NCBI GenBank assembly: GCA_030141605.1
Contig: JAQGDQ010000061.1
Location: 607,685 to 671,684 of the forward strand
DNA from: Tubiluchus corallicola
Lineage: Eukaryota > Animalia > Priapulida
Direction of reading: 5' to 3'
DNA length: 64,000 bases
The position numbers were made by a program, and so were the translations under genes. The notes below the pieces were generated by a model. The model saw nothing but the letters and a program-made list of their open reading frames with translations, searched no databases and was not told where the DNA came from. Of the stretch, positions 40,981 to 64,000 are shown piece after piece; within the stretch, counting starts at the first letter, position 1, and each line of letters starts with the position of its first letter.

Positions 40981-42861
40981 TTACTGGGCTATACTTAACA
41001 CTTGATTTGTCCTGCCTACGCTACCACTTGTTACAGTCGACAATTCTTGCTGACGTGGAATCTTCCTCCTTAACACGTAAGCGAAACCTTTGCGAAAGTG
41101 ACTGTTGGTCAATCCATAAATAATGGGGTTGACAGCCGAGTTCAGGTGACATAGGAAAATGGCTGTCGTGAAGAATCCCGTCGACCACTCATCATAAGGA
41201 TCAAATAGGAGCGAGATGAAGAATGGTCCCCAAGAGCAGACGAAAAACAACGTCACTATAAAAAGACTTTTCGCCATTTCCGTTGCTGCTTTCTTCTCAT
41301 CCCTTTCTGCCCGCTTAAGCGCATGCTGAACCTAAAAATGAAAAAGAATTTCGTTCACTTGTTGCAAATGCTTATAATTATACTACACAAAGACTCTTTA
41401 ATAATTCTGCAGTATGATTAAGTGTCAAAAACTGGACGACGGAGAAAGTCGAATTGAACAGCATTGAAATTGAATTGTAATTGATACTATTTTGAACAGG
41501 AACTTATTGATGTTCAAAACTGTTTGCCAGTGAATTTGAATGAATTAGACAATAAAAGTTACTGACACGAGAGTTTGGTAAACACCAAGTAAACTCCAGA
41601 TGCATAGCAAAAGTAACTGGAGTACTGAACTACACTGTAGGTATGTTTTTAGAAAAATGTACACAGTTCAGTAGCAAGCAATTAAATATTCCCTTATTTA
41701 GTATGAAACTGTTTTGAACTGTTAAATATAACACAGACAAATATTGCTATTATATTTTAGTTATTTTCAATAATCTCTCTATTGGCAACATAGTAGTATT
41801 TCAATGTGCACGTTTTTCTAGATAACTTATTTGTATGTACTGTTTTAAAAGTATAACGTTACTAACTAAATACTTCAAAAAATATGCTGACGAAACAGTC
41901 TGCAGTTGTCAAAATGCTCTGTCAGCAATTATTACGTTATCCTCAGGGTGTCTAGCAAACTTCTTTACGTGTTTGTTTAAACCTCACAACAAATTTGAAA
42001 GCTCTAAAAGCTCTCTGATATGTAATAGGAGTTGTATTGCATGGTGTCATTTCACAAAAAACTGCTTTTAGCACACGAATCCTAACAACAGCCAGAAATG
42101 GACAAACAACGACCAAATGAAGTTATCGAATTGTAAGAAAAATAACATTCATAAAACCTAAAAGTGTAAGTCTCGTTTTTCAACTCCAGATCTCGGTATG
42201 GCAAGAGCCGCTTGTCTGTTTCATTCAGCCATTCACATGCGATTCAAGATTTTATTTCTGTGTTAAAATAAACTCTAAATGAGCTTACGTCATACTTGCA
42301 AGTAGCGATACGACACGTTTCCCCTGTGGCACAGTAGCTGTAGTTCAAAAGGAAGCTGTTGTTAACTGTTACCAATTTCGTTAACTGTTTCAAAATATTC
42401 TCACTTTGAGCGTTCTGACAGTCTCCTTGAACATTTAGCATTTTGGTGACAATTTGTTGTTTTCTTTGGCCCACGAAACGCACGCGTAATTTGTATGATA
42501 ATCATATGATTTGTTACATAAAACTGTACGGCAGTTTCTAAACCATTGATGCAGTCTTGTTATTTACCAATATCTTTGCTTGAGTACTTTTTTATTAACA
42601 GGTATAGAGCTGCTAATAATGTCTGCATTTTGTAGGTCCAGGTCACTTTCCAAATACAGGGCGCGAAGTTCCATGCTTTTATACCAAAATGAACGAGAAT
42701 TGCATACTACCCTATAAGGCTGTCAGTTGACGGATTCAGAAGTGCTTACAGCGAAACGCCGTTTATTTTGAGTTGAATCCATGGCTAGTGAAGGTAGTGA
42801 AGGTAGTGAGGTAGTGAAGACAAAACTCGATATTGTGATACTTCTGATAATTGTCTGTCTA

Positions 42862-42904
<43 letters not shown>

Positions 42905-45900
42905 GACTGCCAGCCAGTCGACCCACTAACAGCCAATCAGCTTGTAAATACACATTTTACAGTTTCAGACTGTCGATTTAGGTACCCTGCAAGTGGTGGT
43001 TATAGGCGTTTTGCATTTAATTTAATATTGAGCATACCTACTCATCCTTATACATCCATGTCGAGGTAATGTAAATTATGTAGGCTTTAGTTATAAAAAT
43101 TGACGATTCATATATGATCCCAATAGCCTAATTCCACTCTCACAGAACTACTTACTTGGCCTTTAGTTGCACAATACAGTAGTAACAATAATTCCACGCG
43201 TACTATACTAAATACGCAGTGACATCAAGATATTCCCTGCGATATTTAAAGCTTAAAGGAAAGTCCAAGATTTTTGAGACGTTAGGCTTATTTCAATGTT
43301 CGCGAAAAATGTTAGAAGCACTTAGTAATAAAACTGCAATAAGCGCCTCGTGTAACTAAAGAAATCACTTTAAAGTCGCGATCACTCATGCTTGGGCGCT
43401 CCCATTTTCAATGCTCATTCTTCTTCTAATGACGTCATTCGTACTGAAGAAAAGTAGGGCACTGTCAATCTTCATCAAAAGTATAATAATTTTTTTAAAA
43501 AAAAATTAAATAGCTAATTTTGTAATAATTTGGCGTGAACATTTGGTAAATTGCAGAAGTTTAAATTAGTTTAAGCAGCGCGCACTTACGGAAAGCCACG
43601 ACGCGCTTACGAAAAGTCACGAAGTCTCCCAGTTACGTCATGATTTTCAAGTGAATAGCGGCAACCACCACGCCCGAAAATTTCTATTCAGAGACAGTAT
43701 ACTTATGCTCTATAAGTTTTTCTTCGCAAATTTCTTTGCTATATTTTTCTAAGTTTATGTGATAGCAGCAAAATAAACCAAGCATGCCACGCGATTAATT
43801 ACATGCACGCTGTTCGTGACATTTATTACTGTTCGTGAGTCTGGGTAATTCTCGCGACACATTACGAATTACCTCAAATGGATCTAAAAGAACGCCTCTC
43901 CAATCCGCAGACCGCTTTTTTGCGTGAGTATTGTAAAAAACTAAATTCGCAATCTAAGCGACGAACAAACAACAGTCATTGAAAAGAGGGACGAAAACAA
44001 AAACAAAATATCGTAATTTCACCTACCCTTCTCCTGCTTTCCCGAACGTAGAGAAATATCCGAATGTAGCAGACTGCAGTAACAACCATTGGCATCATGA
44101 CGACGAAAAAAGCCCACAAGTACTTATGAAGAGGGACAGCGTTGTAGTTCCAAAAGCAGTGACGTGAGCGTGGCTCCAACCAAAACCTGTGGTAGGAATT
44201 CGCATTGAAATAAAAATATTTTTGTAGAAATGCTATTAAAGTATTGAGAATGTCGAAAGCAAATTGTCAGCTTTGATTCTACGATACAGAGATAATTATT
44301 GTTTTTATTACAAAACAATGACTGTGGAATTAGGATGCAGTCAAGTAGCATACAATCGAACAACCAAGTAGGTTTTGTCACCCCTTTGTTTATGCTAAAC
44401 CTGCTTAATTTTTAAAAGGACTAAAAATGTAGAGCTTACAGAAGTTTTATTCTCTTAAGGACGCACGCACGCACACACGCGCAGGCACACGCACAAACAC
44501 TTATAAGTAATTTTTAGCTCTTTCAGCTCATTAATCCATTTTTAATTTTTGTAGTTTTTTTGTCTTCTTCTTCTTCTTCTTCTTCTTCTTGTTGTTCGTC
44601 CTTACCTTTAGCTGTATGTGTAACTATAATTGCAACTTGTAAAAATTGATTACGAAATAAATGAAATTAAAAACATAAGCACAGTCGTTTATGGTTTGGC
44701 ACTCAACGAGCAGATGCTGTTTTCATGGTTCTTATGGAATAAGTTCCTAAATTGCAGCAAAGAAACTATTGACAGAGAATACTTTAAATACTATTTTATT
44801 GTGTATTTCAAATTATTATTATGCAAGTTCGTTTTAAAACTAGTTTATTTATAACTAGTCTGGAATGCGAAGCATCTACTCAGTACTTTCTCTCTTTTTC
44901 TGTCTTTCAGCGAAAAAGTAGCTGAAGAACATATAGGTTACAAAAACACCAATGCCAGGCCTATAACTGATGATGAACTTGAAAACCTCTCAAAACAAAA
45001 AAGAACTACTAAAGACAAAATTCATCAGTGCAAGCATTTTTCAAAAATCGAGATACTAAAGAAAGAAAGAAATTTTATAAAGAATCTTAGTGCTAACTAC
45101 GAACGCCAAGTTCAAGAAATATTAAATCAAACATTTAATACAAAAAATCGATAGTCAAGCGGGCACTACAACTTTGGAAGTAATCACCAAACACAATAAA
45201 GCAAACTAACTGTCTATCACTATTCAAGTCTGAAAAGAGTATTCTTTTCATCTATTCTATTCTAACAAACTGAGCGATAGACGTCCAAATTTCAATACGT
45301 TTATGTAGGGCGCGGAGTACGCCACTAGCCGAAGTAGGACACTTCTGCTAAAGCGCATGTGCTAAATTTGCGGGAAAAGCAGTATCGTACATGAGCAGCC
45401 CAGAATCGAGAATTATGACATAACAAAACATAAAACTAAATTTGTTTTAGAAAAAAGTAACTTTATAATAATGATGGTGAGTTTTTGACAATTTACAAAT
45501 GTATTTTTTACAATAATATCATCATTATTATTAGCCCCATTAATATTATCATAAAATTAAACTAACTATCCAATGCTTTAAAGAGAAAAAACTATGTAGG
45601 GCACATGCTCCCTAGCCCGTTTACTTAGTAGAAAGCAATTATTTATCCAAGAGATAGTGAGACGGGTCACCTGTCTGTGAAGCGAGACAAAATAAAAAAT
45701 GATATATTTTGAGCAAATATTATGAATCACCTAAAAGCGGGCTTATTTCACTTCAAAAACATTAATATCGAAGTCAAATTTAATTTTGGCCGTTCTAGTA
45801 GCTCAGAATAAGATTCTTTTATTTTATCAGATGTATAATAAATTATTCAACATGTCTTGACGTTTTCAATTATTATTATTAAATAAACAAAGACAACGGA

Positions 45901-48208
45901 CGCTGCCAGTACGGTTAACGACTCATTTCATGACCTGTTACTAGTGTCCTACTTGGGCTAATGTCCTATTCCGCTCCCAAGAATTTACACTTTTTTACTT
46001 ACCCAGTATCACGTATATAGCTTGACGTGTCAGTAACAGTATTAAACATCCAAATGAACATGCAGATAGCCACACAGAATGGCGTAGAGAAGTACTGCTT
46101 GTAGATTTGGTGGTGGCAGATAGCTATCAGACGGTTGAAACTAATAACCATCAGTGTCATCAGAGATGTGGTACAGGCGATGTAGCAGACGGCTCCAATC
46201 ATTTTACAAATCTTATTTTGTTGCTCCAACTTTTCTTTCGCCAGAAAACCTACAGGTATTTTTCCGCCATTTGTTTAGAGTTTAAAGAATAATTTCATTA
46301 AGAATGTGTTTGTAGACGCTAGGTTTGCTCGTACTACGTACAAAAACACTCAATCTGTCAAATCTTAATTTATTTATTCACCGGGTTTTTAGATTTTGAA
46401 AATTCTTTACCAGACTAGTGGAGGATTTTTAAAATTCAAAGCTCGGTGAATACAGTAGAGCCATCACATAATCATCAACAGTGCCATCATCATCATTATC
46501 ATCATCGTCATCATCATCATCATCATCACCACTATTACCAGCATCATCATCTTCTATACTTATTGTGCGCATTCAACTGACCAAGGATTCCAGAAGGGGT
46601 GACCATTCCAGTAATCAAGAGGTCAGCTAGTGACAAGTTGCAGATGAAGACGTTACACGCTTTTTGTAGAGGCTCGTAGAGCACCAATGAAAGAATGACC
46701 AGAACGTTGCCAAAAATTCCCATTCCTACAAGTAAGTTTGACAGCATTATTACAACAGCTTGCTACAAGTCTATAACAACGAGAATCACAAGCAGCAGCT
46801 TATCATTTTTCAAAATGGCTTCAAGTGAAAACTTCAACTAATAAAATCATTAAGGTAAGATTAAATTTATATAAAATAACGTCACGTGTCCGTTTAAAGA
46901 TTTATTTTGTTTTTGCAAAATGCAGAATTACGCTAGAAAATGTCTTAAAACATTCACCACCACTGACACTCCCGAGACCCTGTATATTTATTCGGATGTT
47001 GTTGGTGGATAGAGGCAGGGACCGAACCTAGTTCATTATCAACAATAATCCTTTAAGATGAAACATTGAACGGACAGAGATGTTTTTGCCACTTTCAGAT
47101 GTCAAGGTGTCATCCTTCGTGTGGTAAATAGACAGACTCAGTTGGTGAATAAATCTGTCCAGAGCAAGAAATGAACCTGGCGGCCACTAATTCATTTATT
47201 GACCAGTCTCGTCGTTGCTTAACTTCACTCGCTAAGTGGCTATTTTCACCGCCTACGGATTAATAATTTATCGTCGTGGAGAAATTTCTGTTCCATTCTC
47301 ATTATCATAGGCTCTCACGTACTTCAAAAATATTTCCACGGACTCCCGCACTCCAAAACACAAAAATTGTCTATGAACAACCAATTGTTTCAACTAGCGT
47401 TTAAGTTGAGTCACAGCAAAAGTGCCTCAGAACAAAAATTTAGAAAAAAATAGAGAAAAAACACTTTGAGAAAAATGTTAATTAATTGTAATACAGTCTT
47501 AATCCTAAATATAATTAAAAAGATTTGTTTTTAATTTGGACTCGAACCTCGAATTCGGTCAAACTGATTCAAGCGTTTGCTAACACGAGCTGCTAGCGGC
47601 TGACGTTACATTAGATGTTACAATGACGATATAAAACAAATTTTAACAATTTGATGAGTTAAATTTAATAGCTGTAAATTTTTAAATTCAGGACATTTGA
47701 CAGTATGTTTTTGACGTTTTGATATCGTTTACGCGTTAAGTTGATTTTTACTTGAAATTACCAAAATCTACAAAAACAAGGTTGAACTTCGTGATACTGC
47801 TCATAAAGATTTCTTTTTCTTGCTGCTTCTAATAACTAATAGTAAGATTACTGCAATTTTGTGATAGTTTTATCGGAAATTTATCCCATATGCATGGGAA
47901 TTTAATCCGTTTCCCATCCTAAAGGCTTTACAACAAAAAACCTTTCTTACAGAAATCTCTATATTCACGTGATTCCCATTCCTATGAACGACCCTAGCTT
48001 CGATACGTCATTTCTGGGGCGCCTTGCACATTATTGGTCCATCATGACCCATAATGGTTCACTGACCCAAAATGATTCAACACTTACCTGCAGATATACA
48101 CTGCACAAACAAATAAACAATGGACGCTCCAAGGCTAATGTCATATTCTCTATGAAATTCTTCAAGAGCGACTTCCTCAAAAGTGGTGTTATTGGTGGCG
48201 ACAACCAT
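40981..48208 (-). CDS. Class A (rhodopsin-like) GPCR, melatonin-receptor-like/Moody-Tre1-related group, ~340 aa, 5 coding exons
   Basis: Exons (minus) 48208-48088, 46725-46582, 46249-46003, 44186-44027, 41331-40981; phases 1,1,2,0; total 1023 nt. TM1 GNVLVI, TM2 NLSLADL, TM3 ISFNRLIAICH, TM5 CYIRIF, TM6 CSWGP, TM7 NSAVNPIIYG. The N-terminus may extend via an acceptor at ~48264. Confidence 0.9.
42852..42905. repeat. (TCTG)n microsatellite
   Basis: Seen directly. Confidence 0.95.
47520..47600 (-). mobile_element. Degenerate tRNA-derived SINE head
   Basis: Minus strand: A-box-like gcagctcgtgttagc, B-box GGTTCGAGTCC, then a T-run; no intact cloverleaf. Confidence 0.45.
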
Positions 48209-48794
48209 GATATCGGAAGGAATCGCCGGCGACTGTTCCTCTGCTGTCTCTTCGATGAATCTGCTATTTGTGGACGATGACAATAGGTTTGGGATGGCAA
48301 AGAAACAAAAACAGTGCGCATGTCTCGGGGATTTACAAAGATTGAAGGTGCGTCGCTTTGAAGCCTTACAGCGTCTGAGATGCGCTCTTCTTCACTGGGT
48401 GCTTTACAGGTAAATTTTATTACGGAATGTATTAAAGCAGCACTGAAGACAAAATGTGAATAACCTTATCATGTTTGAAAACTGGCGAAAAGTTTTTTAC
48501 ATGCAAAAATAAGCTGTTTTAGTTTTCCCGTGGCACCACTGGTATCTATAGCGCATTTAACAATGCAATAATTCACGCACGGTAAAACAATTAAAAAGTG
48601 CTATTGTATTAGAATTTTCCTCCCTGAATTCACAAAAATTACACCAGACTACACATCATAGACGGCCAAAGGTACACATGGAATGCACCAAGTAGGAGGC
48701 AGTCAATTTACTCATTAAACATCATTAAACTCAATATATATATATAGACATGATTATGATATGATTAAGACTGCATTTCTTTAAAAAAGGAGTG

Positions 48795-49078
48795 AACAAT
48801 CTACAAGCACAATTTTCACTACTAAAATTATATAAGCAGCCGAGTACAGCAAGCAAGATCAATTTAAAAAGCGAATTAACTCCGAAAAATGTGCTTAGAC
48901 TGTAGTATAATTTTTTTATTCATAATGTAATTTAGTGAGTGATTCACTGGCTCAGGCAATATCACAAAAGTGGAAGACCAATCTTAGTGAAGTTTAAGAG
49001 TTCTGTAGTAAAGCTACACGTTTTATTTTGTAGTTGGAGCTAAATTGACCAAAAAGTATCTGAAAAGATTATTATTCG
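48795..49078 (-). repeat. Left copy of a ~280-bp inverted repeat (partner 52601-52875)
   Basis: Hand alignment to the reverse complement of 52601-52875: colinear, roughly 20 substitutions plus one ~9-nt indel. Confidence 0.95.
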
Positions 49079-49189
49079 AAGGCGGTCAGTTTACTCGTTA
49101 AACCTGAAGCTGTATGGAAACTATGAGTTCAGTCTTGTATGGTGCTTCACTGAGCTGAATAAACAATTTAAGTGTGACGATGTGCAGAT

Positions 49190-49474
49190 ATTTAGACACA
49201 CAGACACACAGACACGCGTGGATACATAGGTCATTTGGATATAAGATGCTTTGGACACATAGATAATTTGGACATAATGTGACTTGGACATTTATAGGAC
49301 CTTTAGACACATAAGTCATTTGGACGCATATGACATTTTGAAATTGGGTATTTTAGGCATGTAGGTTTTACGGATGCAAGGAAGTTTGGACACAGTCTAT
49401 GCGTGTGTCTAAATAACCTGCGTCTGAAATGTTCTGTGTCCAAATATGCCTATGTCAAACTAACCATAATTTCC
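49190..49474. mobile_element. Decayed foldback/Mutator-type MITE with ~16-17-bp subterminal repeats
   Basis: Repeated ttggacacataggtcat-like units on the left and inverted tgtgtccaaat-like units on the right. Confidence 0.5.
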
Positions 49475-49689
49475 AAGTTTATAATTTTATAAATGATAGA
49501 GCTCAGTTATACCCTAAAACAAACAAAATTACAAGAAAAAAGCCTTGATGGAGACGGATTTCAATCTGTAATGCTGAAACACTTGGTCTTCTGGACCAAG
49601 TCAGCGTTTAACCAGCTGTGACTTATGCGTGAATGAGAGCCGATGGCTATGGAATAACTAGAAAGTTATATTTATTAAAAAAGAATGGA

Positions 49690-50900
49690 GCCCAAAAGCT
49701 TATGACCACTATCTCTTTGCACTTACTTGGAAAACTTGCTGAACGCTCGTTAGAAACCAGGTTTATCTCATTGATAAAGAGAAGGAGAGTGCCAGAATAT
49801 ATTACAATATTTATTGCACCATCCGTGAAAAGATTCTGTCTAGAGTTGCTGTCTGCTGAGATTGTTAACAAGCATTTGGCTTAGTTTGGTTAGATGGTCT
49901 GATTGTCAACAAACACTTGGCTCAGTTTGGTTAGATGGTCTGATATATAAACTACATGAAACAGGAATTTCGTCGAGACTGATGAAAGCATACTGTACGA
50001 TAGGAAAGTACATATTAGACAGGGCAATTATTCTTCCTGTGATTACCACTGCAAAATTGGGTTAGCCTAAGGATCAGTGATTGCCCCTGTTTTATTTATA
50101 TTCCTCGCTCTTGATATTTTCAGGCAACTGAGAACACTGAGAACAATTATTGGTGTAGTAACTATTTCAAATTTGCTGATGACGACACGATCTTAGTGGA
50201 TAGTGATGCATCAACAAAAGCAATTAGACGGGCACAAAATTGCTGCAGTGAACTACACAAATGGCGCTACAAATGGAGGTAGGTCATTAACTTTTCAGCT
50301 GGTAAAACTGAGGTGATACCTTTGGAGCTTGAATATTAACTATAGGCAATATAGTAAAGTTCTTTCTATACTCATAGATATTAATTCAGTGTTTGAATAG
50401 AACATAAATGCCAATAAGAAAAAATTTTGGAATCGCTGGATGAAAATTAAAGTAAATACTTGGCTGTAAAAGGATTCAGTTTACTTACGTTGTTTAAAAG
50501 TATTTTGTTTTATTAGTTGTTTGTTGTTTTGTAATTACCGCCAAAATTGCCGATTACACCCTGGCAACGAAAGTAGAAGCGTTAGCATTAAGCGCGTCGC
50601 TAGGCCAAGGAAATTTTAAGGATTTTCTGCATAAACTCGGTTACATAAATGGTAATGATCGTGAATCCTGCAACCTTGGCAGGCAAACTGCTGAACATTT
50701 GGTATTTGATTGTCTTGTCTTCGCTGAAAGAGATGGTGACATGCAGAAAAGTTCTGTAATTTAGTAAAAGATGATTTAATTTTAGGACTGCAGCCAGTTT
50801 AGCAAAATAACTGTGTGTACTTAACTGACTTTTTGACTCGATACTTTACGCAGCATGTAAATATTCGTGTTCAACAACTGATTTTTTGTAGTTATAAACT
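49690..50900 (+). mobile_element. Decayed LINE reverse-transcriptase region
   Basis: Fragments LLGKLAERSL, SVWLDGLIYKL (RT motif FDSVWHxGLxxKL), GSVIAPVLF, YFKFADDDTI (YADD box, ~50162-50192) and C-terminal CNLGRQTAEHLVFDC; many stops and frameshifts. Confidence 0.8.
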
Positions 50901-51027
50901 ACTCCCTTACAATTAGTTCGAGTTGAACTTTGATTGACTCTGACATTCTGTTTCTTCCATACAAAACGTACCGTCATGTAAGTAGACAGCGATAGCATTT
51001 TGAAAATTACTGGGATGGACACCAGTT

Positions 51028-51210
51028 ATCATCATCATAGTCATCATAATCATCATAATGATCGTCGTCATCATCACTATCATCATCGTGGTCGTCGTCA
51101 TCCTGCAATTAATCGTCGTTATCATGACCATCATCACATTATCACTAATATCATCATCATCATCATCATCATCAAAGGCGTCATAATCATTATCATCATC
51201 ATCATCATCA

Positions 51211-51249
<39 letters not shown>

Positions 51250-51318
51250 ACGCCGTCGTTATAAGAGTTATCGCCGTCGTGTCATCAATATCATCTTCAC
51301 CATCATAACCATCATCAC
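51028..51318. repeat. (CAT)n/(CGT)n compound microsatellite
   Basis: Seen directly. Confidence 0.92.
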
Positions 51319-51947
51319 ATTTACATAATAGTTACATTTGTTGAGTGAAAAATACATGTATTATTTTTACCCGTATATATATTAGCAAAACCAGCACTTT
51401 TTAGATATAATTTATCTAGGCTACTTGCCAGCATAATTATTTTACAGAAGTATAGCAGCCAGGCTAGCTACATCCATCAAGGCCATTTATACGTTTCACG
51501 AAGTGCTAAAGCAGCTATGGCATCCACGAACTATGCGGCTCGCAGGCTCACACACAGTGTGTCTACTTCTCAAAATCTGCCTGAAACCTGAGCAAATGTG
51601 GCAACAAACTCTGTCAAAAACAGACCTCCGAAATCTGATGCAGTTTAGTTTTCTGGACGATGTTAGTAGAATTCTGTACGCGAAGTGTCCGCTAACTGGA
51701 AAGTGTCTGGCTGTGTTTTTCTACTAAGAACTTTTCTATACTGCTAATAGTTCGTCTTGGAGGCGTTGCCAAGATTATTCCATGCAAATTCAAGCAAATT
51801 TTGCTTGAACGACGGGAAGAAGCAGTCGTGTTGAATTTTCAAAAAAAAATTTGCAAATTGCTTAGATTTTGTAATTTTATATAGTACTGTGAAAATTCAT
51901 AAAATTAAAATCGGAAACAATGTATAATCGGATATTTTTGCTTCAAC

Positions 51948-63576
<11,629 letters not shown>

Positions 63577-63621
63577 AAATTTAGGTTTACTGTTCAACTA
63601 GCTCAATGTAATCTACATTCA

Positions 63622-63627
63622 AATAAA
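63622..63627 (+). terminator. Candidate polyadenylation signal of the DEG/ENaC gene (another at 63978-63983)
   Basis: AATAAA 46 nt after the TGA. Confidence 0.4.
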
Positions 63628-64000
63628 GTGAAATTATGATTTAAGCAAAATTTATATTATACTATAGTTGCACCAAACAAGCCGTCGGGCACTGTCAACT
63701 GACCACTATTCTTTTTAGATTAAAAATTAAATTAGCCAAAACATAACAGCTTAAAGAAGCTTAACAATGCAAGAATAGAAAAGCAAGCAAGTAGATAAAA
63801 ATTTCTCTTTGTACAACTTACTTTATTTTCCATTAAAATTTTTTTTATAAATCTGTTCTATTTCTATGTTCTGGGTTTCATTCAACATTTAAATAGGATA
63901 CAAACATCACATGAATAATTACTTACTTATTAAAAAAATATTAACATCTATTCACCACCAATTTGTTCTCGAAAAACAATAAAACTGTGTTTTGTCCAGG

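Noticed and set aside
47969-48413. Overlapping ORFs around the first GPCR exon
   Set aside because: Alternative-frame and antisense shadows of a real exon.

Overview
AT-rich, intron-rich animal genomic DNA, probably an invertebrate (lophotrochozoan-like by gene and repeat content; the taxon cannot be fixed from sequence). Four multi-exon genes were rebuilt by hand with consistent GT-AG phases: TMEM198 (+, 15571-18047), CCDC47 (-, 31352-21582, convergent with TMEM198), a melatonin-receptor-like class A GPCR (-, 48208-40981) and a DEG/ENaC channel subunit (+, ~51948-63576, divergent from the GPCR). Introns and intergenic DNA hold many DNA transposons and MITEs with readable TIRs/TSDs (PIF/Harbinger, hAT, piggyBac, Tc1/pogo, Mutator/foldback), LINE and SINE relics, and long microsatellites. 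Most ORFs in the supplied track are spurious. Main leads: (1) the DEG/ENaC subunit has changed both structurally coupled pore motifs (HG->TG and GxS->GSG); (2) the GPCR stop codon is followed in frame by 135 open codons containing a 9-aa repeat; (3) a ~275-nt highly foldable segment in a CCDC47 intron could pair with the 5' splice site; (4) a ~280-bp inverted repeat pair brackets the 3.5-kb region shared by the divergent GPCR and channel genes; (5) a young Harbinger element is nested in a palindromic MITE. No CRISPR, rRNA or intact tRNA genes were found.
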